A DNA stretch of 64,000 nucleotides from Candidatus Zixiibacteriota bacterium (GTDB lineage: Bacteria > Zixibacteria > MSB-5A5 > GN15 > JAAZOE01). The notes beneath the pieces were generated by a model. It made no database searches. It saw nothing but the letters and a program-made list of their open reading frames with translations, and had not been told where the DNA came from. Position 1 is the stretch's first letter, and every line of letters starts with the position of its first letter. The translations under genes and the position numbers were made by a program. Of this stretch, positions 36,671 through 45,324 are shown piece by piece. The stretch spans positions 1-64,000 of the forward strand of contig JBDREQ010000025.1 in NCBI GenBank assembly GCA_043819555.1. Direction: 5' to 3'.

Positions 36671-37799
36671 GTTAAAAATTGGCATAACCTGTTATCCGGT
36701 GGCGGGAGGTTCAGGAATCATCGCCACAGAATTAGGCATTAAACTTGCCGAACGAGGGCATCAGGTGCATTTTATCGCTTACGCCCTGCCTTTTCGACTG
36801 GACGTGTTCCAGCCGAATCTGTTTTTTCACGAAGTTGACACGATTTCTTATCAGCTCTTTAAATATCCGCCTTATACATTGACATTAGCGGCTAAAATGG
36901 CCGAAATATCAGAGGCGTACAAACTCGATTTGCTGCACGTTCATTATGCCATACCGCACGCGACCGCGGCGTTTTTGTCTAAGCAGCTGACAAATAATCA
37001 TTCTCCCAAAATTATCACAACTTTGCACGGCACCGATATTACTCTGGTTGGAGCGGATAAATCGTATTATGATATCACTCGATTTTCAATTCTTATGTCC
37101 GACGGTATCACGGCCGTATCAAAATACCTGGCCGCGGAGACGGAGCAGGAATTTAATATTGAAAAACCGATTGAAGTGATTCCGAATTTTGTTGATGTCA
37201 CTCGATTTAATCCCACCCTGACCGATTGCTGCCGGGCAGATTTTTCGATAAATCCAGAAGAACGTTTGATATGTCATATGTCGAATTTCCGGCCGGTCAA
37301 ACGTGTCATGGATGTCATCGAAATATTCCGCCAAATCCGAGAAACTCTGCCGGCTAAACTTCTTTTAATCGGAGAAGGCCCCGATACAATGCTGGCGCGG
37401 CGAACTGTTAAGAAATATAAATTAGATGAAAGCGTGATTTTTCTTGGTAATCAGGCAAAGGTCGAAGAATTATTACCATGCGCTGATTTGTGTCTTTGTC
37501 CGTCGGAGGAAGAATCGTTTGGGCTGGCGGCATTGGAAGCTCTTGCCTGCGGCGTACCGGTTATAGGCTCGAGCGGAACCGGGCTGGTCGAAGTTGTTGA
37601 TCATGGCGTCAATGGATTTTTATTCCCCGTAGCCGACACGCGCTCGATGGCGGGCGCGGCGATATCTTTATTGACCGGGAAATATGATATATTGGAGTTC
37701 AGGAAAAACGCCGCTGAAAAATCGCACGAAAGATTCAATGCGGAATTAGTGGTTGATCATTATGAAAAATATTATCATACCATATTGGAGAACGATTAA
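36663..37799 (+). CDS. bshA: N-acetyl-alpha-D-glucosaminyl L-malate synthase
   Basis: KIGITCYP..GGSG..ATELG, HVHYAIPHA, TTLHGTDIT, SNFRPVKRV, ESFGLAALEA. Confidence 0.93.
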   Translation: MDKLKIGITCYPVAGGSGIIATELGIKLAERGHQVHFIAYALPFRLDVFQPNLFFHEVDTISYQLFKYPPYTLTLAAKMAEISEAYKLDLLHVHYAIPHATAAFLSKQLTNNHSPKIITTLHGTDITLVGADKSYYDITRFSILMSDGITAVSKYLAAETEQEFNIEKPIEVIPNFVDVTRFNPTLTDCCRADFSINPEERLICHMSNFRPVKRVMDVIEIFRQIRETLPAKLLLIGEGPDTMLARRTVKKYKLDESVIFLGNQAKVEELLPCADLCLCPSEEESFGLAALEALACGVPVIGSSGTGLVEVVDHGVNGFLFPVADTRSMAGAAISLLTGKYDILEFRKNAAEKSHERFNAELVVDHYEKYYHTILEND

Positions 37800-38512
37800 T
37801 GGAGCTTGATGTATTGGCAATCGGCGCCCATCCGGATGATATCGAAATTACCTGTGGTGGAACGATGATAAAATTGGCCGATGCCGGAAAAACGACCGGC
37901 GTGCTCGATCTTACCGAGGGGGAAATGGGAACGCTGGGGACGCCCGCTGAACGGATGGAAGATGCCGCGCGAGCGTCCAAAGTATTGGGTCTGGCCGTGC
38001 GGGAAAATCTACATTTGCCCGATGCCGCATTAGAACCAAGCCGCGATAATCGGCTTCGCATCGCTTCCATAATAAGAAGTTACAGACCTCACACGGTTAT
38101 CCTTCCGTTTCGCCGCAAACAGCGGCATCCCGACCATCGCATCGCTTCGATTCTGGGTTATGATGCCTGTTTTTTGGCAGGATTAAAAAAAACCGAAATT
38201 GACGGGGATCCGTTCCGGCCTTTTAAGATAATATATGCTTCGTCGTTTTTGGCTGTCGCTCATACTTTTTTTACGGATATTTCGGATCAGTTCGAAAAAA
38301 AGTGCAAGTCGGTTCAGGCTTTTCGCTCGCAATTTGATGGTTCGGCGCAGTCGCGGCAGATTTATAAACCGGGTAATGATATATTTGAGATGATGCGCGT
38401 TTATGCCCGGAAATATGGCATTGAAGTCGGCTGTCAATATGCTGAGGCATTCGTGATGATTGAGCCGATGCTGATTGATGATCTCATGGCGATTCCGGTT
38501 CAGTCCATCTAA
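37799..38512 (+). CDS. bshB1: GlcNAc-malate deacetylase
   Basis: AHPDDIE..CGGT, DLTEGEMGT.G, RHPDH, YAEAF; next to bshA. Confidence 0.88.
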   Translation: MELDVLAIGAHPDDIEITCGGTMIKLADAGKTTGVLDLTEGEMGTLGTPAERMEDAARASKVLGLAVRENLHLPDAALEPSRDNRLRIASIIRSYRPHTVILPFRRKQRHPDHRIASILGYDACFLAGLKKTEIDGDPFRPFKIIYASSFLAVAHTFFTDISDQFEKKCKSVQAFRSQFDGSAQSRQIYKPGNDIFEMMRVYARKYGIEVGCQYAEAFVMIEPMLIDDLMAIPVQSI

Positions 38513-38539
38513 TCAAATTTAATCTCCACTCAGAGCCTC

Positions 38540-38568
38540 TTGCGTTTTTTGTCCGCATTCGTTATAAA
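38540..38568 (+). promoter_or_regulatory. Putative promoter of selC
   Basis: TTGCGT-N17-TATAAA. Confidence 0.5.
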
Positions 38569-38574
38569 TCAAAT

Positions 38575-38667
38575 GGAAGTGGATAGGGTCTGGTGGCCCT
38601 TGCGGTCTTCAAAACCGTGGGCCGGCGGTTATGCCGTCGGCGGTGGGTTCGATTCCCACCCCTTCCG
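38575..38667 (+). tRNA. selC: tRNA-Sec (UCA); 12-bp acceptor+T branch; CCA not encoded
   Basis: GGAAG start, 6-bp D stem AGGGTC/GGCCCT with TGGT loop, anticodon loop CTTCAAA, long variable arm GCCGGCGG/CCGTCGGC, TTCGATT T-loop, G discriminator. Confidence 0.93.
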
Positions 38668-38740
38668 TTTTTATACTCAAGTTACCCACATTATTTTTGC
38701 GATAAATCCTCGTAAGTGCATGAGATTTAATTTGTTAATG

Positions 38741-38945
38741 TCGCAGGGGCGGGATTTCTGCCGAAGGTTTCGAGCGAGGCGAGATAGATCCCGCCAATCC
38801 TCTATGCACAATTGGCAAGAGCCTAGCAGGCTCTTTCCCTACGATTCAAAAAAATAGTCTGTAGGGCAGTATCCCTTCGATGCTGCCATTCTCTTTAATT
38901 ATCCCGCTACGCGGGATTGTCAGGAGCGCAGGGCTCCTGACCTAC
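38741..38945. repeat. Two inverted pairs of GTAG-type REPs (REPIN-like)
   Basis: TCGCAGGGGCGGGAT..ATCCCGCC / ..GGCTCTTTCCCTACGA (38741-38844); GTAGGGCAGTATC..GATGCTGCC / GTCAGGAGC..GCTCCTGACCTAC (38861-38945). Confidence 0.7.
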
Positions 38946-39041
38946 TGTTTAACTAATAGTAGTAGAAATTAATTAAGTTGTCAGGTCACGATTTTGTTTT
39001 CACAAAACCAGGACCATAAAGAACGGGGAAATATTTTTATT

Positions 39042-39160
39042 TGTCATCCCAGCGAAAGTTGGGAAGCCATGCGGCGTTTGCATCATGATAAAAAATCAGG
39101 AATTCTTCATACACTGTATGGCTGCCAGCTTCCGCTAGAATAACACAGGCAGGGGCTGTT
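39042..39160. repeat. Inverted pair of family C (GTCAT-type) palindromic repeats
   Basis: TGTCATCCCAGCGAAAGTTGGGAAGCCATG (39042-39071) faces TATGGCTGCCAGCTTCCGCTAGAATAACAC (39117-39146). Confidence 0.6.
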
Positions 39161-39318
39161 AGTGGCAGGCATGACACGATAACTCATAAGTTGTCGCTAT
39201 ACTTTTATACAAGACTTTTAGGGATTTAGCTATACATGAATTAAAAACACCCCGTCCCGTTATTCCGGGACACCCCTCTCAAGACAGGCAAAAGCATGGT
39301 TGGGGACAAATAATCTAA

Positions 39319-39348
39319 TTGACAATTGGCTCTGCAAAGCTCTAATAT
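39319..39348 (+). promoter_or_regulatory. Putative promoter of the K+ uptake genes
   Basis: TTGACA-N18-TAATAT. Confidence 0.45.
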
Positions 39349-39390
39349 GTTTCATTGGATTTTTATACAAAATTGGAATAGATAATATTA

Positions 39391-40731
39391 ATGGAACTTA
39401 TTGGAGCCCAACCGGGACGGAAAGTTATAATTTATTTTGCGGCGACGATAATCATCGGGACGATACTTCTATATCTGCCGGTCAGTTCGGCCGGTGATTC
39501 GATAAGTTTAATCGACGCCTTTTTTACTTCGACATCAGCGGTATGCGTCACCGGATTGACGGTTCTTGATACCGGTTCTGATTTTTCATTCTTCGGACAG
39601 GTCGTGATTCTAATCCTGATACAGCTTGGTGGGCTGGGAATAATGACGTTCGCGACGTCGCTTTTGATGATGATGGGAGCGCGGGTGTCGTTTTATGATC
39701 GGATAGGGATATTCGAGGATTTCGGCAACTGGACTCGAACGGGAACGATTTTGGCGGCGATAATATTAACAACGATTGCAATTGAGGGATTGGGTGCGGC
39801 GGCTTTGTATACTCAGTTCAGCCAGGAGTTTCCTTCGGATCAAGCGATATTTTATTCGGTTTTTCATTCCATTTCGGCCTTCTGCAATGCTGGATTTTCA
39901 ACGTTTCCAAATAGTCTCGAATCGTATCATGGGAATTTGTATATCATCGGAGTGTTTTCGTTTCTTATAATCATCGGCGGGCTGGGTTTCATCGTGATTG
40001 GAGAAATGTTTTCGCGGTTATTCAGGTTTCGCAATATGTTATCGTTACATGCCAAATTATGTTTAAGCGTAACGGGAATATTGCTTTTCGGCGGGACGGT
40101 TTTATTTTTCGCGATTGAATATAATAACTGCTTTGGATATATGTCTTTTATTGACAGCCTGGCTAACGCTTTTTTTCAATCGGTAACGTGCCGGACGGCC
40201 GGATTTAATACCATCCCTCAGGCAAATTTGACAGAAGTAGCATTGCTTATTACGCTGATTTTGATGTTTATCGGGGCCTGCCCGGGTTCGACCGGGGGAG
40301 GTATTAAGACGACTACAGCGGCCGTGATATTACTTTTAGTGTACAATAGATTCAGAGGGCATAAATCGATTCCGGTATTTAAACGGTCGATTGACAATGA
40401 TTCAATTAGGCGAGCATTGACGGTTATTCTACTGGCGAGTTTGATAATAATTGTCATGTTTGCGCTTTTAATGCTGGCGGAGCAGAAACCGCAATCGCAT
40501 CAACTTAGTCAGGGTTGGTTTGTCGATAATTTGTTTGAGGTCGTGTCGGCATTCGGTACGGTCGGGTTATCTTTGGGGATCTCAGGACATTCGACTATAA
40601 CCGGGAAATTGATACTTATTGTTTTGATGTTTATTGGTCGAGTGGGTCTTTTAACACTGGCGTTTTCTTTGGCTCGTCCGGTACAGGCGGGCGAGATAGT
40701 TTATGCCGGCGAATCGGTAATGATAGGGTAA
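39391..40731 (+). CDS. ktrB: Trk/Ktr potassium uptake membrane subunit
   Basis: SAVCVTGL, SAFCNAGF, RTAGF, GSTGGGIK, SAFGTVGLS, MFIGRVG. Confidence 0.88.
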   Translation: MELIGAQPGRKVIIYFAATIIIGTILLYLPVSSAGDSISLIDAFFTSTSAVCVTGLTVLDTGSDFSFFGQVVILILIQLGGLGIMTFATSLLMMMGARVSFYDRIGIFEDFGNWTRTGTILAAIILTTIAIEGLGAAALYTQFSQEFPSDQAIFYSVFHSISAFCNAGFSTFPNSLESYHGNLYIIGVFSFLIIIGGLGFIVIGEMFSRLFRFRNMLSLHAKLCLSVTGILLFGGTVLFFAIEYNNCFGYMSFIDSLANAFFQSVTCRTAGFNTIPQANLTEVALLITLILMFIGACPGSTGGGIKTTTAAVILLLVYNRFRGHKSIPVFKRSIDNDSIRRALTVILLASLIIIVMFALLMLAEQKPQSHQLSQGWFVDNLFEVVSAFGTVGLSLGISGHSTITGKLILIVLMFIGRVGLLTLAFSLARPVQAGEIVYAGESVMIG

Positions 40732-40736
40732 GAAAT

Positions 40737-41384
40737 ATGAAAGAATTTGCGGTAATAGGATTGGGGAATTTTGGGGCAACGGTGGCGCGGGAATTAAAAG
40801 GATTAAATTGTCAGGTAACCGCGATAGATTCTGATGAAACGGCGGTGCAGTCGATTCAGGATGATATGGTGGCGATTGTCGCCGACGCCACTCAGCGGGC
40901 CTTTCTGGAGAAAATCGAAGTTGAAAAATTCGATTGTTTTGTTGTTTCTACCGGACAGGATTCGCATGCCTCGATACTTATCACGCTGCATTTGAAGGAG
41001 CTTAAAGCCAAACGGATAATCGTCAAGGCCAATTCTGACGACCATGCCCGAATACTGACCAAGGTGGGAGCATCGGAAGCGATTATTCCTGAAAAACAGA
41101 TGGCGTTTCGATTGGCCAATTCTATGGCGCAGTCTAATCTTCTTGATTTCCTGCCGTTGACAGGCGATTATTTTGTTGTTGAACTGCAGCCGCCCAGGAA
41201 TTTCATAGGTAAAACTCTTCATAATCTGGATGTTCGGGCCAAGTTTAACGTGCAGATTATCGCCGTCCGCGATCTGGAGGCGGGGACGTTTGATCATATT
41301 CCAGGGGGTGATTATATGATTACTGAAAATGATTTATTGCTTGTAATCGGCACCAATGAAGATATCGAGAAGATGAAGGACTGA
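40737..41384 (+). CDS. ktrA: Trk/Ktr NAD-binding RCK subunit
   Basis: VIGLGNFG Rossmann motif, TrkA-N plus TrkA-C. Confidence 0.85.
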   Translation: MKEFAVIGLGNFGATVARELKGLNCQVTAIDSDETAVQSIQDDMVAIVADATQRAFLEKIEVEKFDCFVVSTGQDSHASILITLHLKELKAKRIIVKANSDDHARILTKVGASEAIIPEKQMAFRLANSMAQSNLLDFLPLTGDYFVVELQPPRNFIGKTLHNLDVRAKFNVQIIAVRDLEAGTFDHIPGGDYMITENDLLLVIGTNEDIEKMKD

Positions 41385-41533
41385 TTGTTGGCGTTTTTTT
41401 TTACTTACTTCATAGATATGAATGGCAAATTAATTGCTGATGGATAGAGTTTGTTTTAATTTCAATCATCAAAGTATCATATTCTACGTATAATTCAGTG
41501 AATAAAAGATGAGAAAGTGAAGTTTTTGGATTC

Positions 41534-42748
41534 ATGGCAGAATTATTTCCGGCCATCGCCGCCGTTATTATGCTGACGATTTTATCGGGATTGGAAATTA
41601 TCTTTTTTAAAGTTCTCAATCGCCGGTGGTGGCAACATCGATTCGTCAGGATATTTTCATATACGCTTCCGATTCTGGGCGGGGTTTTCATCGGCATCTG
41701 GATGCTGGGGATTTATTTTTTTATCAAACCACTAATGTTTATCTCGGCAGCTTTGAGCGCTCTTTCGCTGGTATTGATATTGGCGTTGCTCATCTCCCTG
41801 CCGGTTTCGGGAATTATAAATTTTATTCATGATATCTGGGAACGGCGCCAGAAGAGGCGCACTGAATCGGTCAATCAGTCAGCGACACTTAATAATCAAA
41901 AACAGATATCCCGCAGAAAGTTTTTAAATTATGCCGCGGTAATAGCTCCCACGGTTGCTTTGGGAGCCGGGGCTGCGGGTGTGGGCGGGTCATTTACAGA
42001 TATTGATGTTTATAAAAAACAAATATATTTTGATGATTTACCGGATGCTCTGGATGGATTCAGGATATTGCATATTTCCGACATTCATATTGGATATTAT
42101 CGCCATCTTGAAGATGTCGAAGTGGTGATGGAGGAGGCCAAGGCATTTTCTCCGGATATAATTGTCGCAACCGGTGATTTGTCGGATCGCATTGAATTAT
42201 ATAAAAATGTATTGGATTTGTTGGGGCAAGCAAAACCGCCTTATGGTGTGTACGCCTGCCTTGGCAATCATGAATATTTTCGCGGAATTACGCATGTAAG
42301 AAGGGCGTTTGATAAGAGCGATGTGGCTCTTTTGAAGGATAATGGCGTCGCGATCCAAATCGGCGATGGGAAACTCTATGTTGCCGGAGCTGACGATCCC
42401 ATGACTATGCATGGTGATTTAAGCGGATTTTTAAAAGCCAGTATTACAAGCGCGGTGAAAAACGCACCCGATGATGCATTCAAAATACTCCTCAGTCATC
42501 GACCAAAGGGATTTGATCAGGCTGATAAATTAGGCATAGATTTGACTCTGGCGGGGCATACGCATGGCGGACAGCTGGGTATATACGGCCAGTCGGCGTT
42601 TGAATTGGTTTCAGAAAACGCCTACCTCTGGGGTCTGTATGAAAAGGGGAATAATAAACTATATACATCTTCAGGGGTAGGACACTGGTTTCCATTTCGA
42701 TTTGGCTGTCCGGCGGAAGCCCCGATTTTCGAGCTAAAGAGAAGGTAG
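41534..42748 (+). CDS. Membrane-bound YkuE-like metallophosphoesterase
   Basis: SDIH, TGD, LGNHE, LLSH.P, GHTHGGQ; three TMs then an internal SRRKFL. Confidence 0.85.
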   Translation: MAELFPAIAAVIMLTILSGLEIIFFKVLNRRWWQHRFVRIFSYTLPILGGVFIGIWMLGIYFFIKPLMFISAALSALSLVLILALLISLPVSGIINFIHDIWERRQKRRTESVNQSATLNNQKQISRRKFLNYAAVIAPTVALGAGAAGVGGSFTDIDVYKKQIYFDDLPDALDGFRILHISDIHIGYYRHLEDVEVVMEEAKAFSPDIIVATGDLSDRIELYKNVLDLLGQAKPPYGVYACLGNHEYFRGITHVRRAFDKSDVALLKDNGVAIQIGDGKLYVAGADDPMTMHGDLSGFLKASITSAVKNAPDDAFKILLSHRPKGFDQADKLGIDLTLAGHTHGGQLGIYGQSAFELVSENAYLWGLYEKGNNKLYTSSGVGHWFPFRFGCPAEAPIFELKRR

Positions 42749-42925
42749 TTTTCGCCTTCTTTATCGTTTAACCATGTCCAATCACAATTTGAGTACCAAT
42801 CAAGTTGTTTTGGTTCTTGACGATTTTAAAATGGAGAGTATATTAATTAATAATACTCCTCACTGCCGTATAGATATCGTATCTATTTGAAATATTTACT
42901 GGGCTCAGCTGCCTTGGAGAAGATA

Positions 42926-45154
42926 ATGAAAGTATTTTTCGCATTTGTTATTGCTTTAGGATTTCTTGGGGCAGGAGTTTGGTCACTAGATGGTAATTTA
43001 ACGAACACTCCGATCAAATCACCCAATGAATTTACGCCGCCGGAAACGCATAAGTGGCTTTGGGAAAATGAATTGCGTCCATATCTCCTCAAGGTTAAAC
43101 AGGCTGAAAAAAATCGTACTCAAATGGCATTATCCAACTGGCAGGAGTACGATATTACTTTTTACAGTATTGATGTTGAGGTATTTGAAGCTGAACAGGC
43201 AATAGAAGGGGCGGTTGGGATATTCGGGAAGATAGGCGCCGGGTCATTGGATAGTATTGTTGTCGATTTACGTTATAACATGATTGTTGATTCAGTATAT
43301 AATGGCTCTGGAAACCTGGCTTTTGCGCACAATGGGGATTTATTGACGGTATATCTTGAACATGATTATTATTTCGATGAAGAATTTTATTTTACTGTGG
43401 TCTATAATGGCCAACCGTTGCAGACAGGCGGATTGCAGGGATTTCAGTTTACTGAACGATTTGGATTGCCTCTCATATCGACGCTGTCTCAGCCATATGG
43501 ATCGCGTGATTGGTGGCCGTGCAATGATATTACCGCCGACAAGGCCGATTCGGCCGATATTATTATCACTGCTGATAATTCTCTGGTAATATCATCGAAT
43601 GGACTTTTGGTGTCGGATACTGATAATGGCGATGGAACTCACACTGCCTATTGGAAAGAGCGGTATCCGATTGTGCCGTATCTTGTATCTCTGGCGTTGC
43701 ATCCATATTCGGTTTGGTATGATGAATATGATTATGGAACCGGAGTGATGCCGCTGCATTATTATGTTTTCAACGATCATGTTGAAGATTCAAAATTATA
43801 CTTCGCGATTATGCCAAACGCGCTGTCTATCTTTGAGGATAAATTTGGGGAATATCCTTATCGAAATGAAAAATACGGATGTTCTCATTTTGACTGGGGC
43901 GGGGCGATGGAACATCAGACAAACACTTCTACCCAGGCTTCAAATTGGGCTTATTCAGATGATATTATTACCCATGAACTGGCCCATCAATGGTGGGGGG
44001 ATGAAATTACCTGCAGTGATTGGCATCATATCTGGATAAACGAGGGATTCGCGTCTTATTCCGAAGCGATATACCATGAAGCCGTTTATGGAAAAGAGTA
44101 CTATCATACTTATATGGGGTATTTGGAATTCACTGGCGGCGGCAGCATATATGTCCAGGACACGACAGACATTTGGAATATCTTCGGATGGATTGTTTAT
44201 GATAAGGGCGCCTGGGTGCTGCATATGCTCCGGCATATAGTCGGTGATGAACTGTTTTTCCAGTCGCTAAATGATTATCGCCAGCAGTATAAATGGGGTT
44301 CGGCCTCGACTGAGGATTTTCAGGCGGTAGTCGAAATGACCTGTGGAATTGATCTGGATTATTTCTTCGAGCAATGGATTTATGGTACTTATTACCCTGA
44401 ATTTACAATTGCCCCCTATTCTAACATAGATCCTGAAGGAGGGTATTTAAATTATCTGTATGTCGGGCAGACTCAGGAAACCGATCCTTTGGTATTTTCC
44501 ATGCCGATTGATATTCATTTAGTGAAAGCTGCCGCAACTGATACGCTAACGGTGTTTAACAACCGCCGCGAACAAGTGTTTTATTTTCATACCGATGAAG
44601 CTGTGTTCTCAATTGAATTGGATCCTGAAAAATGGGTATTGCGTGAGGTAACTGAGGAGTTTTGGGGGATTAGAGTTTTTATCGATTCACTCTCAATGGC
44701 ATATTTTTCCTATGATTATGAAGATACGATTTCGATTTTGAGTGTAAATGATGCATATACTGCGACAATTATTTCAGGCAGTTTACCTCCCGGGCTTGAG
44801 TTTTATCCTGAAACGGGAATAATTTCTGGTCTGCCGACGGAATTGGGTGAGTTCGTCTTTAGTATTTATGCTGAAGACGAGTTTAATCCCGAGTTGAAGG
44901 ATACAACGGAATTTACCATTGTCGTAACTGACGCCATTACCGACCGACCGGGCGATGCCAATAATGATGGGGATGTAAATGTTGGGGATGCCGTATTTTT
45001 GATAAATCATGTTTTCAAAGGAGGCCCTCCTCCGGAGGTGCCCAATTGGGCGGATGCCAACGCTGATTGCGCCGTCAATGTCGGCGATGCTGTTTACCTG
45101 ATTAATCATGTCTTCAAGGGAGGTACGCCTCCTCAGCTGGGATGTGCAGAGTAG
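42926..45154 (+). CDS. Secreted M1 aminopeptidase with Ig-like and dockerin-type C-terminal domains
   Basis: GAMEH, HELAHQWWG...NEGFA, YDKGAWVLHMLR; LPPGL....GIISG.P; two DAN.D..VNVGDAV.LINHVFKGG.PP repeats; ATG 42926 with SD GGAG. Confidence 0.85.
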   Translation: MKVFFAFVIALGFLGAGVWSLDGNLTNTPIKSPNEFTPPETHKWLWENELRPYLLKVKQAEKNRTQMALSNWQEYDITFYSIDVEVFEAEQAIEGAVGIFGKIGAGSLDSIVVDLRYNMIVDSVYNGSGNLAFAHNGDLLTVYLEHDYYFDEEFYFTVVYNGQPLQTGGLQGFQFTERFGLPLISTLSQPYGSRDWWPCNDITADKADSADIIITADNSLVISSNGLLVSDTDNGDGTHTAYWKERYPIVPYLVSLALHPYSVWYDEYDYGTGVMPLHYYVFNDHVEDSKLYFAIMPNALSIFEDKFGEYPYRNEKYGCSHFDWGGAMEHQTNTSTQASNWAYSDDIITHELAHQWWGDEITCSDWHHIWINEGFASYSEAIYHEAVYGKEYYHTYMGYLEFTGGGSIYVQDTTDIWNIFGWIVYDKGAWVLHMLRHIVGDELFFQSLNDYRQQYKWGSASTEDFQAVVEMTCGIDLDYFFEQWIYGTYYPEFTIAPYSNIDPEGGYLNYLYVGQTQETDPLVFSMPIDIHLVKAAATDTLTVFNNRREQVFYFHTDEAVFSIELDPEKWVLREVTEEFWGIRVFIDSLSMAYFSYDYEDTISILSVNDAYTATIISGSLPPGLEFYPETGIISGLPTELGEFVFSIYAEDEFNPELKDTTEFTIVVTDAITDRPGDANNDGDVNVGDAVFLINHVFKGGPPPEVPNWADANADCAVNVGDAVYLINHVFKGGTPPQLGCAE

Positions 45155-45240
45155 ATATCATATTCTGAAACCATGCTGAAAGATAAGCCCCATGCGGATT
45201 CCACCGGGGGTATTAAAATCCTCCGTATTCAGGTTATTTG

Positions 45241-45270
45241 TTGACTTTGGCCGAATTTCGTAGATATATT
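45241..45270 (+). promoter_or_regulatory. Putative promoter of miaB operon
   Basis: TTGACT-N18-TATATT. Confidence 0.45.
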
Positions 45271-45324
45271 ATAGCAAATACGTTGAAGATAACAGCCGAT
45301 ACTTCACCTTGTCCGGGCTGAAAA

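Noticed and set aside
38540..38857. 105-aa ORF in the supplied track
   Set aside because: It overlaps tRNA-Sec and REP elements and has no protein-like motifs.
38668..39390. Integrative element inserted at selC
   Set aside because: No integrase and no duplicated tRNA 3' end (att site) were seen; only short repeats.
45186..45214. Terminator after the M1 peptidase
   Set aside because: The stem is imperfect and there is no clear U-tract.
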